A stretch of DNA of 64,000 bases from Arenicellales bacterium (GCA_965116595.1 OZ220708.1:1078875-1142874), one strand, 5' to 3'. Positions 47,579 to 57,537 are shown, counted from the first letter of the stretch. The notes: generated by a model not told the origin, from the sequence alone. Translations and numbers: made by a program.

Positions 47579-47725
47579 TATGCTTGAGCCGTATTTCCCA
47601 GATTGACACCGCACTTACATATAACTCTGTCTCGGCTATCCGTCGTCGAGACCCAGCACGCGTCGGCTGAAGGGAGCTGCGACAGCACTGACGAAACTAC
47701 CGGTCTGCCCACGCATGGAGTCGGA

Positions 47726-50632
47726 TTACCCGGCGACGCTTTTGCCCTGTGCCCTTTTAAACCTAATCTTCCGGGTATAGCCGCAAGCCGGGAAACCCGC
47801 ACATCCCAGGAAGCGGCCGTACCTGCCCATCCTGGCTTCCATCCAGTTGTCGCATTCAGGGCAGGCCTCGATGGACTGGCCGCAGTCGCGGCACTTGAAT
47901 TTCTCGCCGGTCTTGACCAGCAACCCTTCCCGGCATACCGGGCACGGCCGTTGACTGTACTCGCAGTAGGGATAGTTCGAGCAACTGTAGAAAACACTTC
48001 CATTCTGTCTGTTCTGACGTCTTATTAGCCGTCCCTCGACGCAGATCGGGCAGGAAACATCACGCTCCGGCGGCCTGCCGAAGACCGTGACGTCGTAACC
48101 GCCTCCAGTCAGTTCCGTTGCAAAAGAAGAAGGCGGACCGCCCTCGGCGAGCAGGAAGGTATGGCGTCTGGCGCGGGTGATGGCAACATAAAGCAAGCGC
48201 CTCTCTTCAGCGTTCGCATGCGCTTCCAGCGCAGCAAGCACCAGGTCGAGCAGCGGGTCGTCTGTAATTTCGGCAGGAAAGCCGTATTTTCCGGAATACA
48301 ATCCAAGCACCACGACATAGTCCGCTTCCAGCCCCTTGGACCTGTGCACGGTCTTGTACGTGAATTGCAGGCCGGGGTACTGTCGCACCAAGCTCGACAG
48401 GTTGGGTGGTCGCAGATGGTTATACCGTCCCAACAGCAATACGGTCGGGATTTCGTCGTATCCGGCGGCATCCTCAGCAATCCGGTCGAGCGCCTCTTTC
48501 AACAGTGAAAGTTTTTGTTCGCCCGGAAGTGCGATGTGGACACATGGACCTTCGGCCCGATGTATTGATCGGACCGTCTTTTGGATCTGCGCCGGGTTGC
48601 GCAGGATGAAGTCGGTGGCGACCGCGGCGATGCGGTCGGTGCAGCGGAAAGTGGTCTCCAGAGAGAGCCGTTCGCTGTCGCCGAAATGCTGCGAGAACTC
48701 CCGCATGATGCCGATGTCCGATCCGGCGAACCGGAATATGGCCTGCCAGTCATCCCCCACGGCAAACAGTTGTGCGCCTGGCGAACCATCGAGCAGCGCC
48801 TTCAGCAATCGAGCCCTGTCGGCTGAGATGTCCTGGAATTCATCGACCAGGATGTAGCCGAACGGACTGCGGTAGCGGCCGGCCTCGACATGCTCCGTGG
48901 CTCTGGCGATCATATCGTAAAAATCGATCTGCCCTGACTGTGCGAGCGTCTCCTCATGGCGCTCGAAGATTGGCCTGAACACCGCCAGAAAGGCTTCGGC
49001 CCGTACCCGATCCTTCATGTTCGCGGCTCGTTGCTTGACCTGTTCATGCGATAGCCGCGCGCCCTTGAAATACCGAAGGAAAGTCGCCACCAGACGCATG
49101 AACGGATCAATCCAGCCTTGTTCTTCCAAAGTGGCAAATGCCTCGGCAGGCGGGATCGGAGACAGGGTCACGCCGCAGGCCCGGAGTTTCTTCTCAAGAT
49201 TCCGAAGCAATGTACCGGCGGCGCACTCATGGCTGAAGGTTTCGACCAGGATGGTGCCGCGCTTCTCGTGCAACTCCTTTTTCCACGCCATCGACTCCAG
49301 GTACTCTTCCTGTGGCACATACGGAGCGGTCTTGCCTTCGGCGTCGATTCCAAAATGCTCGATCCAGATACCAGCATCCGGCAAAAAGAAGTCGGGTCGA
49401 TACGGCCCCTTCTCCGATGTGCCGGTCTCGTGTTCATAGGGACGTTCGTACTCGTAGTTGACGCCGTTGAGGTACAGGTAATTAGCGATCTCGCACTCCT
49501 CGAAGCTCTTGACCTGCTCTCCCTTCAGCGACCGGATTTCGTAGCGGCGGATGTAGTCATAATATGCCCCCCAGGTCTTGAACTCGTGCGGGCTGTGATA
49601 AGGTGCGAACTGCTCCCGGAACCAGGCCAGTATGGTTTGGGAGATACTCCGGTCGGCGATCAGTTCGGCGACGATTTCTTTCAGCAGACCAATCAGCGCC
49701 TGCTCATCTGCGGCCACCCTGGTCAACGCCGGACGCTGGCCCTCCACTTTGCCGATGATCGCCAGGCCCAGGCCGTGGAAAGTGCTCACCGTGATGCCCT
49801 GCGCCGAGGGGCCGTCGAGCCGCTTGCGGATCCGCTCCTCCATCCCCTTGCGGGCGTCCCGTGCAAAAGCCATCAGTAGCAACTCCGAAGGGCGCCGGTA
49901 GCCCCTGTGCAGCAGCCAGCCTGCCTTAGCCACAATCACCGAAGTCTTGCCGCTGCCGGCGGCGGCGATGACCAGGTTCCGGTCATCATCGACGACGACT
50001 GACTTGCGCTGCTCCCCGGTGAGCGGCCGTGACTCGATTCGATCGAACAATTCCTGCGACCGTTTCAATTCGTTCGCGACAAAAGCGGCGTTGGCCTGCC
50101 CCCGAAAACGATCAGGGTCCTCCAGAAAGTCCAGTATCACTTTCAGCATCCGGAATTCCGGCGTATCCGACAGCGCGTTCGGCCAGCAGCCCGTGAATGG
50201 TCCTGCCGCGCTTTGCGCTTCATTCCTGAGTTGGTTGAACGCACTGTGCGTCAGGTAAGTCGCAGGCTCTGCAAGCTGCGCCAGCCTGTCGCAGACCGAA
50301 CGAATTATCCCGATCTGAGGTGCAAGCTCCCGCTGCCACCAGCGGGTTCTGGCAATCTCCAGTGCCTTGACAAAGTCCTGTGCGACGTCTGACGACAAGC
50401 CCGACACGACTGACTCGCCACCGTCATGACAAAGTTGCACTGTGGACCAGATCCAGCCGGTTTTGATTTCGGCGGACTCGATCTTGCCAAGAGAGATTTC
50501 CGAAGAGCGGGATCCGTACTCCAGCCGCAAAGCGTTCGCATCCATCGTAACGGCTCTGGCGTACCGCGGATGCAGGATCGCGAACAGCAACGTCGCCAGT
50601 CCAGTACAGGCGACCCTATGAACTTTTATCAT
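47726..50632 (-). CDS. HelD (helicase IV)-like UvrD-family helicase with an inserted PD-(D/E)xK-like module and C-terminal topoisomerase-type zinc ribbons
   Basis: 968 aa. It has Walker A VIAAAGSGKTS, then ILVDEFQDIS and LLYVAITRARR. The insert is FEECEIANYLYLNGVNYEYERPY...YRPDFFLPDAGIWIEHFG. The C-terminus is CPICVEGRL...YSCSNYPYCEY...CPVCREG...CRDCG...CPECD...LGCAGFPACGY. Confidence 0.85.
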   Translation of the reverse strand: MIKVHRVACTGLATLLFAILHPRYARAVTMDANALRLEYGSRSSEISLGKIESAEIKTGWIWSTVQLCHDGGESVVSGLSSDVAQDFVKALEIARTRWWQRELAPQIGIIRSVCDRLAQLAEPATYLTHSAFNQLRNEAQSAAGPFTGCWPNALSDTPEFRMLKVILDFLEDPDRFRGQANAAFVANELKRSQELFDRIESRPLTGEQRKSVVVDDDRNLVIAAAGSGKTSVIVAKAGWLLHRGYRRPSELLLMAFARDARKGMEERIRKRLDGPSAQGITVSTFHGLGLAIIGKVEGQRPALTRVAADEQALIGLLKEIVAELIADRSISQTILAWFREQFAPYHSPHEFKTWGAYYDYIRRYEIRSLKGEQVKSFEECEIANYLYLNGVNYEYERPYEHETGTSEKGPYRPDFFLPDAGIWIEHFGIDAEGKTAPYVPQEEYLESMAWKKELHEKRGTILVETFSHECAAGTLLRNLEKKLRACGVTLSPIPPAEAFATLEEQGWIDPFMRLVATFLRYFKGARLSHEQVKQRAANMKDRVRAEAFLAVFRPIFERHEETLAQSGQIDFYDMIARATEHVEAGRYRSPFGYILVDEFQDISADRARLLKALLDGSPGAQLFAVGDDWQAIFRFAGSDIGIMREFSQHFGDSERLSLETTFRCTDRIAAVATDFILRNPAQIQKTVRSIHRAEGPCVHIALPGEQKLSLLKEALDRIAEDAAGYDEIPTVLLLGRYNHLRPPNLSSLVRQYPGLQFTYKTVHRSKGLEADYVVVLGLYSGKYGFPAEITDDPLLDLVLAALEAHANAEERRLLYVAITRARRHTFLLAEGGPPSSFATELTGGGYDVTVFGRPPERDVSCPICVEGRLIRRQNRQNGSVFYSCSNYPYCEYSQRPCPVCREGLLVKTGEKFKCRDCGQSIEACPECDNWMEARMGRYGRFLGCAGFPACGYTRKIRFKRAQGKSVAG

Positions 50633-50817
50633 TCATTAAGCAGGCAATGTATTTTTCCTGGAGAATCATAAACGATATTTTTAAACAAGTAATAAAGTAA
50701 AAAAGTTCGTTTTTGGTGTACTGCTTTGATTGATGGCCCCAGGCCCGCAAAGAGTTGTACAGGGAAATTATCCGTCAGGATAGTGAGATCATCCAGCAGT
50801 CGTGATAAGATCAAGCA

Positions 50818-51060
50818 ATGAGCGACAAAATCGATAATCTGGTCCTGGAACACCTGAAGGCCATTCGCGCGGATACAGGAAACCTCTCTGCCGATATGCG
50901 AGACGTAAAGGAGCGGCTTACTGAATTGGAGCGGGGCATGGCCATGGTGCTGTCCGGTCAGGCCGATGGATACGGCTCCCAGGTTCGCCAGCAGTCCACA
51001 ATTGACCGGCTGGCCGAACGCATTCAGCGGATCGAGAAAAGGCTGGAATTGGCCGACTAG
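50818..51060 (+). CDS. small coiled-coil hypothetical protein
   Basis: 80 aa: MSDKIDNLVLEHLKAIRADTGNLSADMRDVKERLTELERGM...IQRIEKRLELAD. It has heptad-like periodicity. The antisense 145-aa ORF looks non-coding. Confidence 0.5.
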   Translation: MSDKIDNLVLEHLKAIRADTGNLSADMRDVKERLTELERGMAMVLSGQADGYGSQVRQQSTIDRLAERIQRIEKRLELAD

Positions 51061-51117
51061 AACCACGAACTCCCGCGCTGTCAGACCCAGCGTTTCCGGT
51101 CCTGGGACATCCAGCCC

Positions 51118-51150
51118 GTAATTTCGTCATTCCCGCGCAGGCGGGAATCC
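51118..51150. repeat. REP-like element, copy C (perfect ATTCCC-N8-GGGAAT palindrome)
   Basis: The sequence is gtaatttcgtcattcccgcgcaggcgggaatcc. The 17 nt aatttcgtcattcccgc (51120-51136) are identical to 23217-23233. Confidence 0.55.
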
Positions 51151-51331
51151 ACATTACGATCATCAACCGCACTCGCACCGGCAGCTCCCGCTTATCCGTT
51201 GATTTCGTCTGTTCCTACGGTTCCGGTTCCGATTTAGTCGGGCCCAGAGACGCCATAAGCGTGTCAGCGTGCTCCTCACCAGACGACGCCTGAATTGGCC
51301 GACTGGTTCATATCCTGATACACTATATGTT

Positions 51332-52000
51332 ATGGAAAATCAACGTCAGTACAGCCGTCTCGATCATCTTGTCATCTGCGCCTCCCGGACACTCGATACG
51401 CTGTGTGTCAAAACCCGATCAAAGCCTGCCCCCGACCTGATCGGGGGCCGGGAATACCCCGCCACCGCCGCCGAAGACGCTCACATGAGCGCCCGCGACC
51501 GTACCCTGGCGGGTCGATACATGCGAGTCAACCATGTTGGTGAAATCTGTGCCCAGGCGCTGTACCAAAGTCAGGCTTTCACGGCCCACAACGATACAAC
51601 CCGTAAACAGATGCAACAGGCTGCTGTAGAGGAAACCGATCATCTGGCCTGGTGCGAGCAGCGCCTCGATGAACTTGGAAGCCGTAAAAGTGTTTTGAAT
51701 CCATTCTGGTATGGGGCTTCGTTTACGATTGGAGCCGTAGCCGGAATGGCTGGCGACAAATGGAACCTCGGCTTCGTTGCGGAAACCGAAAAACAGGTGG
51801 TTGCCCACCTGGACGATCACCTCGGCAGACTGCCGGACAAGGATGAGCGAAGTCGTCAGGTCATATCACAAATGCGGTCGGATGAAGCCAGCCATGCAGA
51901 GCAGGCTGTCAATGCAGGAGCCGCCGAGCTACCCACTGCAATCAAGGGATTGATGACACTGGCATCCAGATTCATGACCCGCACCGCCTACTGGATTTAA
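51332..52000 (+). CDS. coq7: 2-polyprenyl-3-methyl-6-methoxy-1,4-benzoquinone hydroxylase (Coq7 family di-iron hydroxylase)
   Basis: The start is trimmed to MENQRQYSRLDHL. It reads RVNHVGEICAQALYQSQ, EETDHLAWC and SDEASHAE (ExxH di-iron motifs). Confidence 0.88.
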   Translation: MENQRQYSRLDHLVICASRTLDTLCVKTRSKPAPDLIGGREYPATAAEDAHMSARDRTLAGRYMRVNHVGEICAQALYQSQAFTAHNDTTRKQMQQAAVEETDHLAWCEQRLDELGSRKSVLNPFWYGASFTIGAVAGMAGDKWNLGFVAETEKQVVAHLDDHLGRLPDKDERSRQVISQMRSDEASHAEQAVNAGAAELPTAIKGLMTLASRFMTRTAYWI

Positions 52001-52090
52001 CCCGGATCCTGGACGAACAAAGAAGTAAGGCTGCGAGTAAGCGATAATGCGGAAAACAGCTCAACGGGAAAATAGCTGATTGAGTACAGA

Positions 52091-52167
52091 TTGGTCGGGG
52101 TGAGAGGATTTGAACCTCCGGCCCCTGCCTCCCGAAGGCAGTGCTCTACCAGGCTGAGCTACACCCC
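52091..52167 (-). tRNA. tRNA-Pro (anticodon CGG)
   Basis: The reverse complement CGGGGTGTAGCTCAGCCTGGTAGAGCACTGCCTTCGGGAGGCAGGGGCCGGAGGTTCAAATCCTCTCACCCCGACCA folds as a cloverleaf. It has a 7-bp acceptor stem, a GCTC/GAGC D stem, a CTGCC/GGCAG anticodon stem with loop TTCGGGA, a TTCAAAT T-loop and an encoded CCA. Confidence 0.93.
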
Positions 52168-52428
52168 GATCCGTGTTGACGTTATAACGCCTTAACCGCC
52201 TTGCATCAAGTCACAGGGGTGCGATCAGCCGGGCAGGCACAGGGACTGATTCAGTACAGTCTGTACCATACCGGCAGTAACAATGGTATCATGGGCTGTC
52301 TGAGTTTACGTCGGTTATGCTGCTGGTTGCTGGCTGAAACGGGATGATATGTTTCGTCAAAACCCAGTAACAGCCCGTTCGGAGGAAACACAGCATTTTG
52401 AACAGGAACCCTGGATTTTAGCCAAGCC

Positions 52429-53058
52429 ATGCCCGGCATATTGATTCTTTCCGCGCCATCCGGTGGCGGGAAAACCAGTCTTGCCAAAGCACTGGTGGCA
52501 TCGCGCAACGATGCAGGTATCACGGTATCCCATACTACCCGCAAACGGCGTCCGGGAGAAAAAGACGGTGTTCACTACTATTTCATCGACAAACAGACAT
52601 TCGAAAATATGATGGAACAGGGTGATTTCATAGAATACGCCACTGTTTTTGATCATTATTACGGAACTTCGGTAAAATCGATCAAACACCAGATTTCAAG
52701 CGGCAGGCATGCTATTCTGGACATTGACTGGCAGGGCGCCAGAACGGTTCGGGAAAAGTTTCCCGGCGCCGTGTCTGTGTTCGTGATGCCACCCTCACTC
52801 GAGGCGCTTGAACGGCGCTTGTTGGAACGGGGACAGGATGGCGAGGGTGTGATAGCGAGAAGAATGAAAGAGGCGGCTGACCAGATCAGCCACAAAGACG
52901 AATTTGATATAATAATTGTGAATGACAATTTTGAAAATGCACTGAAGGAACTGGCGGATATTCTTGGTCGGCTCGCAAACCTGAACACATCCGGGATGAC
53001 CGGGGATTCTCAAGTCATGAATAATCAGGTCATGACAGATAATGAACGATTAATTTGA
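52429..53058 (+). CDS. gmk: guanylate kinase
   Basis: 209 aa. It reads [31 protein letters not shown] and YGT. Confidence 0.95.
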   Translation: MPGILILSAPSGGGKTSLAKALVASRNDAGITVSHTTRKRRPGEKDGVHYYFIDKQTFENMMEQGDFIEYATVFDHYYGTSVKSIKHQISSGRHAILDIDWQGARTVREKFPGAVSVFVMPPSLEALERRLLERGQDGEGVIARRMKEAADQISHKDEFDIIIVNDNFENALKELADILGRLANLNTSGMTGDSQVMNNQVMTDNERLI

Positions 53059-53074
53059 TTCAAGAGGTTTTATA

Positions 53075-53425
53075 ATGGCGCGTGTTACTGTAACCGATTG
53101 TCTGGAGCATGTAGACAATCGATTTGATCTTGTTTTGATCGCAACAAAAAGAACAAGACAATTGACCCTGGGGGCCGAACCCCTGGTCGAGCCGGAAAAT
53201 GACAAGCCGACGGTGATTGCCTTGCGGGAAATAGCGGAAGGCCTGGTGACCTCATCGATCCTGGATGAGGAGACCACTATCCCGGGGCTTCAATTTGATG
53301 ATGATGGAGAAATGATCAAAATGGATGATGAAGCAATGGAAGAAGCCATACGTCAGGCCATGCTTGGGCACACCGATGGAAATGCAGATGGTACTGGCCC
53401 AGAGGTGGAAGAAAAGACTAAGTGA
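53075..53425 (+). CDS. rpoZ: DNA-directed RNA polymerase subunit omega
   Basis: 116 aa. It reads [30 protein letters not shown] and sits between gmk and spoT. Confidence 0.95.
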   Translation: MARVTVTDCLEHVDNRFDLVLIATKRTRQLTLGAEPLVEPENDKPTVIALREIAEGLVTSSILDEETTIPGLQFDDDGEMIKMDDEAMEEAIRQAMLGHTDGNADGTGPEVEEKTK

Positions 53426-55577
53426 CCTTCTGGAGAGGCACAGTTCCGCTGCCTCCCCACAGAAGGACAACCTGTTCAATGACCTGAACGGGGTACTGGA
53501 AAGCTATCTTGACGAGTCTGTTGTCCTTGAGATATATCGGGCAACCATTTATGGCGCCGAAGCCCATAAGGGCCAGAAGAGAAAAAGCGGCGAAGACTAT
53601 ATTCACCATCCTATTGCGGTTGCGCGAATTCTTGGAGAGATGCGCATGGACAGTCGTACCATCATCGCTGCAATCCTGCACGATGTGGTCGAAGACACCG
53701 ACATCACCTTGCAACAAATATCGCAGGAATTCGGAGAAGACATATCAATTCTGGTTGACGGGGTCAGCAAGGTCAGTCAACTGGAACTCGAATCAAGGGA
53801 GCACGCTGAAGCCGCCTCTTTTCGCAAGATGTTCATGGCCATGGCCCAGGACATCCGGGTGATTATTATCAAACTCGTCGACCGCCTGCATAACATGCAC
53901 ACCCTGGCATCATTGGACGACATCCGCAAACGCAGAATCGCACGCCAGACCCTGGAGATTTATGCGCCTATGGCCAATCGTCTCGGGATGCGTGAACTGG
54001 CGCAGAAACTCGAGGATTTGAGCCTGATCAACCTGTACCCGAAGCGTTTCAAGGCAATCGAGAAGAAACTCAGGACTTCCAGACGCGGTAGAAAATCCGT
54101 GGTCAACGAAGTCTGTAAAAACTTACAGAAAAAGCTGGAAATGAACGGCCTTGTTGCAGATGTCTACGGCCGCGAAAAAAATATCTACAGTGTCTATTGC
54201 AAGATGCAACAGAAAAAACTGTCACTCAAGGATGTCAAGGATATCAATGCAATTCGAGTCATTACTGAACGCCGACCGCATTGTTATCAGGCGCTGGGGG
54301 TCATTCATCAGCTCTATAAACCGAGGCCCGAAAGCTTCAAGGACTATGTTGCAATTCCCAAGATAAACGGCTACCAGTCGCTGCATACAGTGGTTGTCGG
54401 ACCGTATGGACAACCGGTGGAAGTCCAGATTCGAAGTCGGTCGATGCATCGAACTGCGGAAAAAGGGGTGGCATCCCATTGGCTTTACAAAACAGCAACC
54501 ACCGGGGAGCACGCACCACAGCAACTGGCGCAGCAGTGGCTGAGCAGTTTTCTTGAGTCCCAATCCATGTCGAGTGATTCGGGAGAATATCTTGAACATC
54601 TCAAAGCGGACCTGTTTCCGGATGAGGTCTATGTGTTTACACCAAAAGGAGATATCAAAAGGCTGCCCCGGGGTTCGACGGCGCTGGATTTTGCCTATGC
54701 CGTACACTCTGATATCGGTGACCATTGTGTGGGTGCACAGATCAATCAGGCGATGGTCCCTCTGCACGAAATTCTCTCGAATGGGGATCATGTCGAAGTA
54801 AAAACATCGCAATCTTCACGACCGATCCCTTCGTGGCTTGACTATGCGGTCACTTCCAGGGCCAGGGCTTCAATTCGCCATTATCTGAATCAGCAAAAAA
54901 AGAAGGAATCCCTGAGGCTCGGTCGAAAACTGCTCCGTTCCGCGCTTACCAACCAGGGTTATCGCCGGCCCAGGATTTCGAAATCCGATAAGGTCAACCT
55001 GTTAAAGCATCTCGGACTGGATGATTGGGAGCAACTTCTGATAGACATCGGTTTTGGCAGGCGATTGCCCAGACTGGTAGCAAAACAATTGATCGCGGAG
55101 TCTGCGGCGCAACATCACCCCGAATTACCTGAGCACAAGAGCCCTGCGTTGACCATAAGGGGAACCGAACGATTGTTGATCACTTATGCCAATTGTTGCA
55201 ATCCGGTCCCTGGGGATAAAATCATCGGAACCACAACCAGTGGCAGGGGACTCGTCGTCCATCGCTCCACTTGCAAGAACAGTAAAATTATCTTCCGCCA
55301 TCCCGACAACCTGTTTCATCTCAACTGGTCGGATGACACCAAAGGCAAATTCCAGGTGCAGATCAACGTAGAAGTGAAAGATACGCCCGGTGTACTTGCC
55401 AGGGTGAGCAATATCATTGCCAAATTCAATTCCAATATAAACAATGCCTCGGTGGATCAACGGCATAATACTTCCTTCATGACGTTCACTATTGAAGTCT
55501 CGGACCGGCAACACCTGGCCAGTATCATGCGGCGACTGCGCAACGAATCCAGTGTTGTCAAACTGGCGAGGGCCTGA
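53325..55577 (+). CDS. spoT: bifunctional (p)ppGpp synthetase/hydrolase SpoT/RelA family
   Basis: It has an HD domain ([21 protein letters not shown]...HDVVEDT), a RelA/SpoT synthetase domain (YSVYCKM...[16 protein letters not shown]), a TGS domain (VFTPKGD) and a C-terminal ACT domain. The track start overlaps rpoZ by 100 nt. The true start is probably just downstream of 53425, and no canonical start is obvious there. Confidence 0.92.
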   Translation: MMKQWKKPYVRPCLGTPMEMQMVLAQRWKKRLSDLLERHSSAASPQKDNLFNDLNGVLESYLDESVVLEIYRATIYGAEAHKGQKRKSGEDYIHHPIAVARILGEMRMDSRTIIAAILHDVVEDTDITLQQISQEFGEDISILVDGVSKVSQLELESREHAEAASFRKMFMAMAQDIRVIIIKLVDRLHNMHTLASLDDIRKRRIARQTLEIYAPMANRLGMRELAQKLEDLSLINLYPKRFKAIEKKLRTSRRGRKSVVNEVCKNLQKKLEMNGLVADVYGREKNIYSVYCKMQQKKLSLKDVKDINAIRVITERRPHCYQALGVIHQLYKPRPESFKDYVAIPKINGYQSLHTVVVGPYGQPVEVQIRSRSMHRTAEKGVASHWLYKTATTGEHAPQQLAQQWLSSFLESQSMSSDSGEYLEHLKADLFPDEVYVFTPKGDIKRLPRGSTALDFAYAVHSDIGDHCVGAQINQAMVPLHEILSNGDHVEVKTSQSSRPIPSWLDYAVTSRARASIRHYLNQQKKKESLRLGRKLLRSALTNQGYRRPRISKSDKVNLLKHLGLDDWEQLLIDIGFGRRLPRLVAKQLIAESAAQHHPELPEHKSPALTIRGTERLLITYANCCNPVPGDKIIGTTTSGRGLVVHRSTCKNSKIIFRHPDNLFHLNWSDDTKGKFQVQINVEVKDTPGVLARVSNIIAKFNSNINNASVDQRHNTSFMTFTIEVSDRQHLASIMRRLRNESSVVKLARA

Positions 55578-55583
55578 CTGAAC

Positions 55584-56060
55584 ATGTCGCCACATAAAAT
55601 TATCTTTGTCTGTCTGGGTAATATATGCAGATCCCCCACAGCGGAAGGAGTGCTCAGGAAACAGGTATCCGAAAGGGGGCTGGAGAATCTGTTCGAAATC
55701 GATTCAGCGGGGACAGGTGACTGGCATCTGGGACATCCTCCTGACAAACGCGCCATTGAGGCCGCCCTGGCCCGGGGTATCGACTTGTCACCCCTGCGCG
55801 CGCGACAGATCACCGCCAGCGATATGCTTTATTACGACACCATCATTGCGATGGACAATCAGAATTTTTCCAGACTGAAATCTTTGGCGCCGGCCGATCA
55901 CCGACACAAGATCCGGCTTCTTTTACAGTACGGAAACTCTGGAAATCGGGAGGTACCCGATCCCTACTACGGAGGCGACCACGGATTCGACCTGGTGCTT
56001 GACCTGATTGAAGAGTCCTGCCAGGAATTGCTGGATCACCTGTTACCCGATCGACGATGA
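55584..56060 (+). CDS. low-molecular-weight protein-tyrosine phosphatase
   Basis: 158 aa. It has the CX5R(S/T) P-loop VCLGNICRSPTAEG and a DPYYG Asp loop. Confidence 0.9.
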   Translation: MSPHKIIFVCLGNICRSPTAEGVLRKQVSERGLENLFEIDSAGTGDWHLGHPPDKRAIEAALARGIDLSPLRARQITASDMLYYDTIIAMDNQNFSRLKSLAPADHRHKIRLLLQYGNSGNREVPDPYYGGDHGFDLVLDLIEESCQELLDHLLPDRR

Positions 56061-56548
56061 CCGCTGGCATCGCTCTTGATATTGATATCGGCGATCAAAC
56101 GCTGAAAGTGATTGATGAAAACGACTGCGTTTGCAAGACCTATCCTGTTTCGACAGCCGCACGTGGAGCGGGGCAACAAATGGATAGCGAATGTACTCCC
56201 ACAGGCAAACACGTCATCCGTGCCAAGATTGGGGCCGGCCAGCCGCTGAATACTGTTTTTCGTGGTCGCAGGCCGAGCGGTGAAATATACCGGACAGGCA
56301 TGCAGGACGCCGAACCCGGCAAGGACTGGATTCTGACCCGGATCCTCTGGTTAAGCGGATGCGAGCCTGGATTTAATCGTCTCGGAAATGTTGACAGCAT
56401 GCGTCGATATATTTACCTGCATGGCACACCTGATGAGGTTGAAATGGGTATTCCGGGTTCACACGGTTGTATACGGGTTCGTAATCATGATCTGCTTGAA
56501 CTGTTTGACATGGTTTCAGTAGGCACCATTGTCACTATCCGTGCCTGA
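56057..56548 (+). CDS. L,D-transpeptidase (YkuD) domain protein
   Basis: 163 aa with the catalytic motif HGTPDEVEMGIPGSHGCIRV. Confidence 0.8.
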   Translation: MTAGIALDIDIGDQTLKVIDENDCVCKTYPVSTAARGAGQQMDSECTPTGKHVIRAKIGAGQPLNTVFRGRRPSGEIYRTGMQDAEPGKDWILTRILWLSGCEPGFNRLGNVDSMRRYIYLHGTPDEVEMGIPGSHGCIRVRNHDLLELFDMVSVGTIVTIRA

Positions 56549-56553
56549 ACCGG

Positions 56554-57537
56554 ATGCGCAAGCCGATTGACCTGCCTTTGGGGCCGCTGATGGTGGATGT
56601 GGGCGGACTTGAACTTACCGACGATGACTTTGATCTACTTTCATTGCCTGCTGTCGGTGCGGTGATTCTGTTCAGTCGAAACTTTGAATCCCGGCCGCAG
56701 GTATCAGCGATGATCAATCGGATCAAATCAATTCGCAACCCCGCTTTACTGATCGCGGTGGATCAGGAAGGGGGCAGGGTGCAGAGATTCAGAAAGGGCT
56801 TTTCAGCCCTGCCCGCTGCCCTCGAATTCGGCAGGATTTACGACCATGACCCGGACCAGGCACTGGCGATGTGTCAGGATACAGGTAAGGTGATGGCCCG
56901 GGAACTGATTGAAGTCGGTGTCGATTTCAGTTTCGCACCGGTACTTGACTGTGCAAACAGCAATAGCAGCGTGATCGGCGATCGTGGCTTTCATCATCAC
57001 CCGAAAGTGATTTCGGAACTGGCCGGCGCCTTTATCAACGGTATGAACACCGGGGGAATGGCGGCCATCGGCAAGCACTTTCCGGGACACGGTGGAGTCA
57101 TTGAAGACTCGCACGCAGAGTTGCCGGTCGACAATCGCACCATGAAGGAACTGGAGGGCTGTGACCTGATACCCTATAAAAGTCTGGTTGACAGACTGGG
57201 GGGTATCATGACCGCCCATGTGCTTTTTCCGAATATCGATGTTGAGTTGCCGACTTATTCACCATTCTGGATACAGTCGATACTGCGGAAAAATCTGGGA
57301 TTCAGGGGCCTGGTTTTCAGCGATGACCTGAGCATGAAAGGAGCCGAGGGCGCCGGCACACCCCTGCAGCGGACACAACGTGCATTGCAGGCCGGCTGTG
57401 ACATGGCGCTGCTCTGCAATGACCGTCCGGCCGCCAATGAAGTCGCCCGAAAACTGGGAATACCGGAGCCAGGCACGCAAGACCCGGCCAAAATCAATCG
57501 CATCGAAAGAATGCGCGCCTCTGGCGCCGCCTCCTGA
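56554..57537 (+). CDS. nagZ: beta-N-acetylhexosaminidase (peptidoglycan recycling)
   Basis: 327 aa of GH3 type. It reads GAVILFSRNF, LIAVDQEGGRVQRF, KHFPGHG and VFSDDLSM. Confidence 0.92.
   Translation: MRKPIDLPLGPLMVDVGGLELTDDDFDLLSLPAVGAVILFSRNFESRPQVSAMINRIKSIRNPALLIAVDQEGGRVQRFRKGFSALPAALEFGRIYDHDPDQALAMCQDTGKVMARELIEVGVDFSFAPVLDCANSNSSVIGDRGFHHHPKVISELAGAFINGMNTGGMAAIGKHFPGHGGVIEDSHAELPVDNRTMKELEGCDLIPYKSLVDRLGGIMTAHVLFPNIDVELPTYSPFWIQSILRKNLGFRGLVFSDDLSMKGAEGAGTPLQRTQRALQAGCDMALLCNDRPAANEVARKLGIPEPGTQDPAKINRIERMRASGAAS

Noticed and set aside
50629-51066. A 145-aa minus-strand ORF lies opposite the 80-aa coiled-coil gene.
   Set aside because: It is antisense to a sequence with clear heptad periodicity and has no motifs. 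The plus-strand 80-aa reading is preferred, although neither is certain.
52091-52167. I considered tRNA-Pro as the integration site of the 28-kb island.
   Set aside because: The housekeeping gene coq7 lies between the tRNA 3' end and the island boundary. No tRNA-derived direct repeat is seen at the other end, and no integrase is present. The REP/dRS3-like repeat is a better boundary candidate.
53325-53425. spoT starts at 53325 in the ORF track, overlapping rpoZ by 100 nt.
   Set aside because: Alignment by eye with E. coli SpoT places the conserved N-terminus near [13 protein letters not shown] (~53470). The overlap is probably an ORF-calling artefact, but I could not identify a convincing canonical start, so the track coordinate is kept with this caveat.
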